Made by a program: the position numbers and the translations under genes. Positions 1 through 9,675 of a stretch of DNA of 64,000 nt are shown one piece after another (position 1 is the stretch's first letter; each line of letters opens with the position of its first letter). Below the pieces are notes generated by a model. That model saw nothing but the letters and a program-made list of their open reading frames with translations. It did no database searches and was not told where the DNA came from. Origin of the DNA: Acidiphilium sp. (lineage in GTDB: Bacteria > Pseudomonadota > Alphaproteobacteria > Acetobacterales > Acetobacteraceae); the NCBI GenBank assembly GCA_028688905.1, contig JAQTXH010000002.1:19061-83060 (forward strand), in the 5' to 3' direction.

Positions 1-204
1 CGGCGATGACACGCACGATGCCGTCCTTGCCGCAATCGAGTCCGTCGCCGTCGCGCAGACGGGTGGTTTCGGCAAGGTCGAGCAGCAGATCGGTGCCGGC
101 ATCGGTGCGCAGCATGATGCGGCGGCGGTGGCGATGGTCGTAATCGAGGGTGATGGTATCGGTCGCGTGCCAGTCACCTATTGGCAAAACCGCTGTGGCG
201 CGCA

Positions 205-205
<1 letters not shown>
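1..205 (-). CDS. ureE: Urease accessory protein UreE (partial, runs off window start)
   Basis: Not in the ORF track. Manual translation from ATG at 205 gives MRATAVLPIGDWHATDTITLDYDHRHRRRIMLRTDAGTDLLLDLAETTRLRDGDGL, the UreE N-terminal signature. TGATG overlap with the ureC stop. Confidence 0.9.
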
Positions 206-1910
<1,705 letters not shown>

Positions 1911-1911
<1 letters not shown>

Positions 1912-2216
1912 TACAACGCTCCCATTGTCAGGCCGCGAAATCCGAACACGATCCGATCGCCGCGTAACGGCACTAACACGACATCCCGCGTCTGGCCCGG
2001 CTCGAACCGGATGGCGGTGCCGGCCGGAATATCGAGCCGATGCCCATGCGCGGCATCGCGATCAAACCGCAACGCCGCATTGGTTTCGGCAAAATGATAG
2101 TGACTACCAACCTGAATCGGGCGGTCGCCGGTGTTCGCGACCGTCAATGTTAGTATTTCAAGCCCCGCGTTCAGCTCGATATCGCCCGCGGCACAAATGA
2201 TTTCGCCAGGAGTCAT
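1911..2216 (-). CDS. ureB: Urease subunit beta
   Basis: 101 aa; [17 protein letters not shown] and [14 protein letters not shown]. Confidence 0.98.
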
Positions 2217-2239
2217 GTTAGAATCATCATGTCAGCGCC

Positions 2240-2542
2240 TTACCGTATCGGGTCATGAACCGTGACCAGCTTGGTGCCGTCCGGAAACGTTGCTTCGACC
2301 TGCACATCGGGGATCATCTCGGCAATCCCGTCCATCACCTGTGCCCTTGTGATCACATGCGCGCCATGCTCCATCAGATGCGCGACACTCAACCCGTCCC
2401 GCGCGCCCTCGACCACGAAATCGGTGATCAGGGCGATGGCTTCGGGATAGTTCAGCTTCACACCACGACCCAGGCGGCGACGCGCGACGAGGGCGGCCAT
2501 CGCGATCAGGAGTTTGTCTTTTTCGCGGGGAGATAGGTTCAT
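2240..2542 (-). CDS. ureA: Urease subunit gamma
   Basis: [12 protein letters not shown]...GVKLNYPEA...[18 protein letters not shown]. Start trimmed from the ORF-track 2575 to ATG 2542. Confidence 0.98.
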   Translation of the reverse strand: MNLSPREKDKLLIAMAALVARRRLGRGVKLNYPEAIALITDFVVEGARDGLSVAHLMEHGAHVITRAQVMDGIAEMIPDVQVEATFPDGTKLVTVHDPIR

Positions 2543-2547
2543 CAGAA

Positions 2548-2668
2548 GGGTTCTTTTTTGAAAAAAAGAACCCAAAAATTTTTACTCGTTGGGTCTGGGG
2601 CGAGATGACGCGAACGCCCATGATCCGGAGTCAAAAAAAATTTTGCTTCTTTTTTATAAAAAATAAGC
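2548..2668. repeat. AT-rich MITE-like element with imperfect terminal inverted arms, each arm self-palindromic
   Basis: Left arm GGGTTCTTTTTTGAAAAAAAGAACCCAAAAATTTTTACTC (2548-2587) aligns with the reverse complement of the right arm GAGTCAAAAAAAATTTTGCTTCTTTTTTATAAAAAATAAGC (2628-2668). It fills the ureD-ureA gap. Confidence 0.7.
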
Positions 2669-2678
2669 ATTCCTTCCC

Positions 2679-3512
2679 CTAACACGCCCAATTCCGCGGC
2701 ATCGCCCGCCCTCCTCGCAACACATCCAAAACCCGCACCACAAGCCCGCGCAGTGCCGTTCCAGTCTGGGCCAGAATCCGCACCAGAAGCAAGCCATTCC
2801 ATACGCTGGCACCGGCCTGCGCATCGCCCAACGCCAGACGCACGGTATCGAGTTGCCCGACCGCGTCGGGTGCGGCGAGGAGAATTGTGGCGAGGCCGGC
2901 GGCATTGCCGAGCATCGCGCGTCGCGCTGCGCCGGTGAACGGGTTGGGCGGTTTCAATGCATCGCGAAAAATCAAAGTACCGTCGCGATAAAGTTCGATG
3001 ATGTCGCTCAGATCGAGGCGGTTCACGGTCTCGCCCATCGCGGCGCGGCCGAAAATGAGGGTTTCGACGCCGAGGTAGCGTGATGATCCGGTCAGGTCGA
3101 TGTGCAAGCGGCGGGTGAGCGCGGATTGGTCGAACAGGATGGTCTCCTGCGGCAGATATTCCACGCTCGCGGCGGCTTCGATGCGGATGCGCGTGGTGAT
3201 GCGCGCGGGTGAATCGGTGGTGCCGGCGCGATAGATGCGTTCGGCACTCTGGGTGCTGATGGTGAGGACGGTATTCGGTTGGCCGGTGATGCTGATGGTG
3301 TGGGAGTCGCCGCCGGCGATGCCGCCGCCGGTGTTGAGCAGAATTGCGGTGGCCTCGGTCGCGGCTTCGTGGTGGAGCATTCGCAGGCGGAGAGGCCCGG
3401 CCTGATGCAGGCGGTCGAGCACGGTGCTGCCGTCGCGCGGCTTGACCGACAGTTCGATCCGCCCGGCCGAGCGTTGCGCGACGCTGGGGCGGCGGGGCGA
3501 TAGCGCGTTCAG
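2679..3512 (-). CDS. ureD: Urease accessory protein UreD
   Basis: LHQAGPLRL, LLNTGGGIAGGD, LTISTQSAERIYR and EYLPQETILFD motifs. The start is uncertain: CTG at 3512 (CTGA overlap with the fmdB stop) or ATG at 3593 inside fmdB. Confidence 0.93.
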   Translation of the reverse strand: MNALSPRRPSVAQRSAGRIELSVKPRDGSTVLDRLHQAGPLRLRMLHHEAATEATAILLNTGGGIAGGDSHTISITGQPNTVLTISTQSAERIYRAGTTDSPARITTRIRIEAAASVEYLPQETILFDQSALTRRLHIDLTGSSRYLGVETLIFGRAAMGETVNRLDLSDIIELYRDGTLIFRDALKPPNPFTGAARRAMLGNAAGLATILLAAPDAVGQLDTVRLALGDAQAGASVWNGLLLVRILAQTGTALRGLVVRVLDVLRGGRAMPRNWAC

Positions 3513-3829
3513 TGACCGATCATCCAGGGCCGTTTGCCGGGGAAGGATTTTTTCACATTGGCGTTCGGCACCAACGGCTTGCAGCAGCCGCATCCCGAGG
3601 GGTGCTTGCCGCTGCGGCGCGAGGTTTCAGGCGCGTGGGCGCTGCGCTCGTTGGTCGCGAAGGCGCGGCGGCGCGCTGATTCCATGATCGAGAGCATCGG
3701 CACCGAGAGCAGGGCGCGGGCTGATGGATTGCCGCAGTCCGGGCAAGGCTGCGGCTGATCGAACTGGGCGATCGGGGCGATGGTTTCGAACCCGCCACAG
3801 GTGGCGCATTCGTATTCATAGACCGGCAT
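3509..3829 (-). CDS. fmdB: FmdB-family zinc-ribbon regulatory protein
   Basis: MPVYEYECATCG...QPCPDCG, C-terminal HPSGCGCC and RPWMIGH; lies directly downstream of formamidase. Confidence 0.92.
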   Translation of the reverse strand: MPVYEYECATCGGFETIAPIAQFDQPQPCPDCGNPSARALLSVPMLSIMESARRRAFATNERSAHAPETSRRSGKHPSGCGCCKPLVPNANVKKSFPGKRPWMIGH

Positions 3830-3866
3830 GGGAACTCCGTTTGGAGGTCGGGGGGTGGGCCGCGGC

Positions 3867-3922
3867 ATGATACTTGCGTGATTCTTGCATACGTTTACCT
3901 ACGGCATACTCTTACTTGCGTA
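3867..3922 (-). promoter_or_regulatory. Putative internal promoter for fmdB-ureDABCE with two imperfect TACG-N8-CGTA sites
   Basis: Minus-strand TATCAT (3872-3867) is -10-like. TACG-N8-CGGC at 3890-3905 and TACT-N8-CGTA at 3907-3922. Confidence 0.45.
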
Positions 3923-3924
3923 CG

Positions 3925-5157
3925 TCAAAGATCAGGTGCCAACAACACATCCGACCCTGCCATATCCCGCGGTGCCGGTCCATCGGCGCTCGGATTGATA
4001 TCGAAATCGAAAATCTCGGTCGGCAGATAGAGGGTGGCGCAGGCGTTCGGAATATCGACCACGCCGGAAATGTGGCCGTGGACGGGGGCGGTGCCAAGGA
4101 TCGAGTAGGCTTGGGCACCGGAATAGCCGAATTTTTTCAAATAGTTGATCGCGTTCAGACAGGCTTGCTGATAAGCGACGAACACGTCGAGATAATGCTG
4201 GCCGCCCTGATCGTCGACCGAGATACCCTCGAAGATCAAAAAATCGTTGTAGTCGGGTTTGATCGGGCTGGGTTTGAAAATCGGGTTTTTGATGCCGTAT
4301 TTCGCAACCCCGCCCTTGATCAGCGAATGGATGCCCAGGTGAATCCAGCCGGGCATTTCGATGGCACCGCAGAAGGTGATTTCGCCGTCGCCCTGGCTGA
4401 AATGGAGATCGCCGACCGAGAGACCGGCTCCCTTCACATAGACCGGGAAATAGACCCGTGCGCCGCGCGACAGATCCTTGATGTCGCAATTGCCGCCGTG
4501 CTCACGGGGCGGCACGGTGCGCGCACCGGCCGCCGCCGCCGCGTCGCGCGCCTCGCCCTTCAGCCTGCCCATATGGGCGGTGCCAGGGAAGGGCGCGTTG
4601 GCCAGCGGTGGGATGCGGGTGGGGTTGGTATTGATGAAATCGACCTCGCGTTTGTTCCAGGTCGCGAGCAATGACGGGTCGGGCATGCAGCCGATCAAAC
4701 CCGGGTGAACCAATCCCGCAAACCGCACGCCGGGGATGTGGCGCGAGGTGGTGAACATACCCTTGATATCCCAGATCGATTTCTGCGCCTGGGGGAAATA
4801 ATCGGTGAGAAACCCACCGCCGTTCTGCTTGGAGAAAAACCCGTTGAAGCCCCATTCATTGCCGGGCAGCGCGCCGATGTCGAGAATATCGACCACCAGC
4901 AGATCGCCGGGTTCGGCCCCTTCCACCGCGATCGGGCCGGACAGGAAATGGACGGTGGTGAGGTCGATATCGCGCACATCGGCCGCCGATTCGTCGTTCT
5001 TGATGAAGCCGCCGGTCCAGTCGTAGGTTTCCAGAATGAAATCATCGCCGGGTTTGACGGTGGCCACCATCGGCACATCCGGGTGCCAGCGATTGTGGAT
5101 CATGTCGTTTTCGTATGGCGATTGGGTGAGATCGACCTTGATCAACGTTTCCGTCAT
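3925..5157 (-). CDS. fmdA: Formamidase (acetamidase/formamidase family)
   Basis: HNRWHPDVP, HFLSGPIAVEGAEPGDLLVVDILDIG, PPREHGGNCDIKDLSRG and GDLHFSQGDGEITFCGAIEM. Start ATG 5157 follows a GGAG RBS. Confidence 0.97.
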   Translation of the reverse strand: MTETLIKVDLTQSPYENDMIHNRWHPDVPMVATVKPGDDFILETYDWTGGFIKNDESAADVRDIDLTTVHFLSGPIAVEGAEPGDLLVVDILDIGALPGNEWGFNGFFSKQNGGGFLTDYFPQAQKSIWDIKGMFTTSRHIPGVRFAGLVHPGLIGCMPDPSLLATWNKREVDFINTNPTRIPPLANAPFPGTAHMGRLKGEARDAAAAAGARTVPPREHGGNCDIKDLSRGARVYFPVYVKGAGLSVGDLHFSQGDGEITFCGAIEMPGWIHLGIHSLIKGGVAKYGIKNPIFKPSPIKPDYNDFLIFEGISVDDQGGQHYLDVFVAYQQACLNAINYLKKFGYSGAQAYSILGTAPVHGHISGVVDIPNACATLYLPTEIFDFDINPSADGPAPRDMAGSDVLLAPDL

Positions 5158-5220
5158 GGCATTCTCCTGCAAAACCGGTCAATGGTGGCGCAAGGGTCCG
5201 GCTTAATCGTGCCGGGCTGA

Positions 5221-5238
5221 ATACGGGGTTCGGCGTAT
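5221..5238. promoter_or_regulatory. Perfect inverted repeat ATACG-N8-CGTAT; candidate site for the adjacent LuxR/NarL-type regulator
   Basis: Lies in the divergent fmdA/kinase intergenic region; TAC-N10-GTA geometry matches NarL-family 7-2-7 sites. Confidence 0.5.
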
Positions 5239-5321
5239 AGGCATGCGCGAGATTGCGGGCGAAGACCGCCGCGGCAACCGGATTTCGGGGGATGATGCGC
5301 CGCAACTGGAAGGGACATCGC

Positions 5322-8300
5322 TTGGCTCTGCGCCAACGAATCACCGCGCCGCGCCGTTCGTATAACCAATGGGTCGCGAACGAGACGCTGGAAGACTACG
5401 CGCTGCGGTTCACCGCCCTGAGCGCGCGGCGATTTTCTGCCGGGCGGGTAGCGGACACCGCATTCGGGGCTACCGCGTTTCTCGCCCTTGAAGCGATCGG
5501 CGGTGCCATCACCCTGCGGTTCGGTTTTGCTAACGCGATGCCGGCAATATTGGCGGCGGGGTTGATCATTGCCCTCACGGCGGGGCCGATCGCGTTGGTG
5601 GCAGCGCGGGCCGGGGTGGACATCGACTTGCTGACGCGCGGTGCCGGGTTCGGTTATCTGGGTTCGACCGTCACGTCGCTGATCTACGCGACATTCACGT
5701 TCATTTTTTTCGCGATCGAGGCCTCGATATTGTCCGGGATGCTGGCGTATTGCGTGGGGATACCCGAGTGGCTCGGCTACATCATCTCGGCGGTGCTCGT
5801 GTTGCCGATGGTTGCGTTCGGCATCACTTTCATCAGCCGGTTCCAGTGGCGCACGCGCGGACTGTGGCTGATCCTGAATTTTGCGCCCCTGATCGCGCTG
5901 CTGTGGCTGGCGGCGCGCGGCCGGATCGATCTGGGGCCATGGGTCCGGTTCGGTTCGGGGTTCAACTGGCTGGATTTCGGGGCGTCTCTCTCGGTGATCG
6001 TGTCGCTGATCGTGCAAATCGGCGAGCAGGTCGACTACCTGCGCTTCCTGCCGCCACCGGTCCCCGGCGAGCGGGCCGCCTGGTGGCGCGCGGTGATCAT
6101 TGCCGGGCCAGGCTGGGTGGTTCCGGGCATCGTGAAACTGGCGGCAGGGTCGTTGCTGGCGGCGCTGGCGGTGCATGCCGGTATCGCGATTGGCGAGGCG
6201 GGGCAGCCGGTCGTGATGTATCGTACCGCCTGGGCGATGATCCTGCCGCATCCGCTTATGTTTCTGGCGATTCCGCTGACAGTCGCGCTGGTGCTGGTCG
6301 CGCAGCTGAAAATCAACGTCACCAATGCCTACGCCGGGTCGATTGCGTGGTCGAATTTCTTCTCCCGCCTGACCCATCGGCATCCTGGCCGGATCGTGTG
6401 GGTCGGGTTCAACGTCGCGATCGCCTTGTTGCTGATGGAGCTTGGGATTTATCGGGCGATCGAACATATCCTGGTGTTCTATGCAGTGTTGGCCTGCTCC
6501 TGGGTGGGGGCGATTTTCGGGGATCTGGCGATCGCCAAGCCGCTGGGGCTGGCACCGCATCGGATCGAATTCAAGCGCGCGCATTTGTTCGACATCAACC
6601 CGGTGGGCCTGGGCAGCATGGCGTTGGCGGTGCTGCTGGGCAGCATCGCGATGAGCGGTGCGCTGGGGCCAGTCGCGCGGGCATTTTCACCGATCCTCGC
6701 GCTGGTCCTCGCAATCGTCGCGGCACCGGCGATTGCCGCGATGACCAAGGGACGCTTCTATCTTGCCCGCAAGCCGCGCCGGTCGTGGCGCGGCGGGGCG
6801 CGACGCGTCTGTATCGTCTGCGCCAACACTTTCGAAGCTGAGGACATGGCGCATTGCCCCGTCTACGCCGCGCCGATCTGCTCGCTGTGCTGCACGCTGG
6901 AGGCGCGTTGCCACGATGCGTGCAAGCCGCAGGGGCGCTACGGGGTGCAACTGTCGTCGGTGGCCAATGCGGTGTTGCCGGCATGGGCATATCGGCGACT
7001 GTCGCCAGCGGGCTTGCGGTTTTTATTTGTTTTCAGCATCGCCAGCACCCTTCTGGGTGGTTTGCTCGCAGCACTATACTGGTTGGCCAACCCGCCAAAT
7101 CCAGCGGCTTCGGCTTTGCTGGCGCATGCCCTGTGGCGAGCGTTTTTGTTGCTTTCGATTGTCTCCGGCGTGGTCGCATGGCTGGGCGTTCTCGCGCGCG
7201 AATCCCACCGTGCCGCCGAGGCTGAAACCGCGCAGCAGACGCGGTTGCTGCTCGCCGAGATTGAGGCGCACCAGCGTACCGACGCGCAGCTGGCCCGGGC
7301 GCGCGAAGCGGCGGAGGCTGCCAATCTTGCGAAAAGCCGCTTCGTCGTCGGCGTCAGCCATGAATTGCGCTCGCCCCTCAACGCCATTCTGGGATATGCG
7401 CAACTGCTCGAAATCGACCCCACGATCCCCGAAAAGCGTCGCCACGCACTGCGGGTGATCCGCCGGTCGGGTGAGCATTTGTCGGGCCTGATCGAGGGCC
7501 TGATGGATATTGCGAAAATCGAAGCCGGGCGGATCGAGATCGAGCGGCGGGAAATCCGCCTGCATGAGTTTTTGAGCCAGATCGCCGATATGTTTAGCCA
7601 CCAGGCGGCGGCGCGCGGCATCGGGTTCGTATTTGATTGCCCGCAGACGCTGCCTGAAACCGTGACCACCGACCCGACGCGGCTGCGCCAGATTCTGATC
7701 AATCTGCTCTCCAACGCCATCAAGTTCACCTCCACGGGTGAGGTACGGCTGGCGGTGCGGGTTCCGGGGCAGGTGGCGGAGTTCACCGTGAGCGATACGG
7801 GGTCGGGCATTGCGCCGGAGCATCGCGCGCGGATTTTCGAACCCTTTCAGCGGATCGCACCCCGCGCCGGCGCGGCACCACCGGGCATTGGGTTGGGATT
7901 GACCATCACCAAACTGCTCGCCCAGATTCTCGGCGGCGATATCACGGTGGCGTCCGAGTTGGGCCAGGGCAGCAGGTTCACGGTGCGGCTGATGTTGTCG
8001 CACCGGGCGCGCGGAGTCATGATCGCTCCGCCCAAGCCGGCGGTAACCGGCTATGGCGGTACCCGCCGGCGGATCGTGGTGACCGATGACAACGCCACCC
8101 ACCGCGCGTTGCTGGAAGATGCACTGGCCCCGCTGGGGTTCGAGGTACTATCCGCCCCAGACATCCGGTCCTGCCTCGACCTCGCGCAATCGGCGCAGCC
8201 CGATCTGTTCGTGCTCGACCTTTCGATGCCCGATGGCGATGGTGTCGGGCTGGCGGAGCGGCTGCGGGCAGCGGGGCACGGGCATACCCCGATCATTCTG

Positions 8301-8684
8301 GTCTCGGCCGATGCCGGCGAGGTTGCCAGACTACGCGCCCATGCCTCACCATTCGATGCGCTGTTAGTCAAACCGCTCGATCTGCGTCAGTTGCTCGATG
8401 ACATAGGACGGCTGCTGCATCTAACTTGGGAGACCGGCAATGTCGCCCCGAATATCGCCAATCACCTTGAACCGGCTTTAAGCCGTTTGGTGCCCTATGC
8501 CGGGGAACTGCGCCGGCTCGCGGAAATTGGCTTTGTCCGGCCGCTGCGGGATCGGATCGACGAACTGACCCTCGCCGATCCTGAGGCCGCACCGGTGTTA
8601 GTCGATCTGCGGCGTCTGCTCGATGAGTTTCGTCTGCCCGAACTGATTGCGGCTTTGGCCGGCCTCGATCGGGATGCGGCATGA
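5322..8684 (+). CDS. Hybrid sensor histidine kinase: NCS1/purine-cytosine-permease-like transporter domain + Cys-rich module + 2 TM + HisKA + HATPase + REC
   Basis: About 500 aa of multi-TM N-terminus (ETLEDYALRF, QIGEQVDYLRF, KINVTNAYAGS), then CxxC...CSLCC...CHD.C, SHELRSPLNAILG, LINLLSNAIKFT, DTGSGI, GIGLGL and a REC domain (TDDN, LDLSMP, KP). The ORF is open from 5253; the probable start is TTG 5322 after GAAGGGA. Confidence 0.92.
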   Translation: MALRQRITAPRRSYNQWVANETLEDYALRFTALSARRFSAGRVADTAFGATAFLALEAIGGAITLRFGFANAMPAILAAGLIIALTAGPIALVAARAGVDIDLLTRGAGFGYLGSTVTSLIYATFTFIFFAIEASILSGMLAYCVGIPEWLGYIISAVLVLPMVAFGITFISRFQWRTRGLWLILNFAPLIALLWLAARGRIDLGPWVRFGSGFNWLDFGASLSVIVSLIVQIGEQVDYLRFLPPPVPGERAAWWRAVIIAGPGWVVPGIVKLAAGSLLAALAVHAGIAIGEAGQPVVMYRTAWAMILPHPLMFLAIPLTVALVLVAQLKINVTNAYAGSIAWSNFFSRLTHRHPGRIVWVGFNVAIALLLMELGIYRAIEHILVFYAVLACSWVGAIFGDLAIAKPLGLAPHRIEFKRAHLFDINPVGLGSMALAVLLGSIAMSGALGPVARAFSPILALVLAIVAAPAIAAMTKGRFYLARKPRRSWRGGARRVCIVCANTFEAEDMAHCPVYAAPICSLCCTLEARCHDACKPQGRYGVQLSSVANAVLPAWAYRRLSPAGLRFLFVFSIASTLLGGLLAALYWLANPPNPAASALLAHALWRAFLLLSIVSGVVAWLGVLARESHRAAEAETAQQTRLLLAEIEAHQRTDAQLARAREAAEAANLAKSRFVVGVSHELRSPLNAILGYAQLLEIDPTIPEKRRHALRVIRRSGEHLSGLIEGLMDIAKIEAGRIEIERREIRLHEFLSQIADMFSHQAAARGIGFVFDCPQTLPETVTTDPTRLRQILINLLSNAIKFTSTGEVRLAVRVPGQVAEFTVSDTGSGIAPEHRARIFEPFQRIAPRAGAAPPGIGLGLTITKLLAQILGGDITVASELGQGSRFTVRLMLSHRARGVMIAPPKPAVTGYGGTRRRIVVTDDNATHRALLEDALAPLGFEVLSAPDIRSCLDLAQSAQPDLFVLDLSMPDGDGVGLAERLRAAGHGHTPIILVSADAGEVARLRAHASPFDALLVKPLDLRQLLDDIGRLLHLTWETGNVAPNIANHLEPALSRLVPYAGELRRLAEIGFVRPLRDRIDELTLADPEAAPVLVDLRRLLDEFRLPELIAALAGLDRDAA

Positions 8685-9571
8685 ATTTCCGACCCACCAT
8701 TCTGGTCGTCGACGATGATCCCGCCATGCTCGGCTTGTTGACCGAAACGCTCGAAGCCGCCGGCTATAACGTGTTGGTGGCATTGCAGGGCGAAATGGCG
8801 CTGAGCATCATTGAGCGGATCACCCCGGACGCGGTGCTGCTGGATGCGATGCTGCCTGGTATTGACGGTTTCGAAACCTGCCGGCGGATCAAGCAGCGCC
8901 CCGCCTGCGCCCTGGTGCCGGTGATTTTCATGACCGGCCTGGCGGAGACCAATCACGTGGTCGACGGTCTGCAGGCGGGCGGCGTCGATTACGTGACCAA
9001 GCCGGTGCGGCCCGATGAGGTTGCGGCACGGCTGAAAGTGCATCTGGCGAACGCCGGGCTGACCCGCAGCGCGCAGGCGGCGATGGACGCGGCCGGGCGG
9101 TTTCTGCTGGCGTGCGACCGGCGTGGCAAAATCCTGTGGAGCACCCGGCAGGCGGCGAAACTGGCAGGGCTTGGCACCGGCGAACCGCTGCCTGCCGCAA
9201 TAGCGGGTTGGCTCGCCGAGCGGATCGCGCGCGAAACCACGAATGAGACCCAGATGCTCGATCTGGCCGATCGCGTGGTCGAAATTGCACTGCTCGGTCA
9301 GATCGGCGTGGACGAGTTTCTGCTGCGGATCACCCAGCAGGATGTCGAGGCCGATCTCGCCCGGTTGCGTGCGCACGCTGCCCTGACGCCGCGCGAGGCG
9401 GAGGTGTTGTTCTGGCTGGCGCGCGGTAAATCAAACCGCGATATCGGGACCATTCTGGTGGTCAGTCCACGCACGGTCGATAAACATCTTGAACAGATCT
9501 ACGTCAAATTGGGCGTCGAGAATCGTGCCTCGGCGGTGGCGGCGGCGATGCGCGCCCTCGGAACTACGTAG
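8681..9571 (+). CDS. Response regulator, REC + LuxR-type HTH
   Basis: ILVVDDD, LLDAMLPGIDG, DYVTKP; C-terminal LTPREAEVLFWLARGKSNRDIG...SPRTVDKHLEQIYVKLGVENR. ATGA overlap with the kinase. Confidence 0.95.
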   Translation: MNFRPTILVVDDDPAMLGLLTETLEAAGYNVLVALQGEMALSIIERITPDAVLLDAMLPGIDGFETCRRIKQRPACALVPVIFMTGLAETNHVVDGLQAGGVDYVTKPVRPDEVAARLKVHLANAGLTRSAQAAMDAAGRFLLACDRRGKILWSTRQAAKLAGLGTGEPLPAAIAGWLAERIARETTNETQMLDLADRVVEIALLGQIGVDEFLLRITQQDVEADLARLRAHAALTPREAEVLFWLARGKSNRDIGTILVVSPRTVDKHLEQIYVKLGVENRASAVAAAMRALGTT

Positions 9572-9581
9572 TTTCACGCAG
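9564..9581. promoter_or_regulatory. CTACG-N8-CGCAG, one-mismatch copy of the TACG-N8-CGTA motif upstream of the transporter-amiE genes
   Basis: Overlaps the regulator stop codon and the 12-bp palindrome AACTACGTAGTT (9562-9573). TATGGT at 9609-9614 is -10-like. Confidence 0.4.
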
Positions 9582-9675
9582 GCTGGGGCGCGATAAGCCC
9601 CATTCCGTTATGGTGCCCTGACGTGGCCTGATCGGCTTACCATTTTTTCACTTCTGCCGATCGAAAGGTGCAACC

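Noticed and set aside
5195-5220. Sigma54 promoter for fmdA (CGGCACGATTAAGC on the minus strand)
   Set aside because: GG-to-GC spacing is 9 nt rather than the invariant 10.
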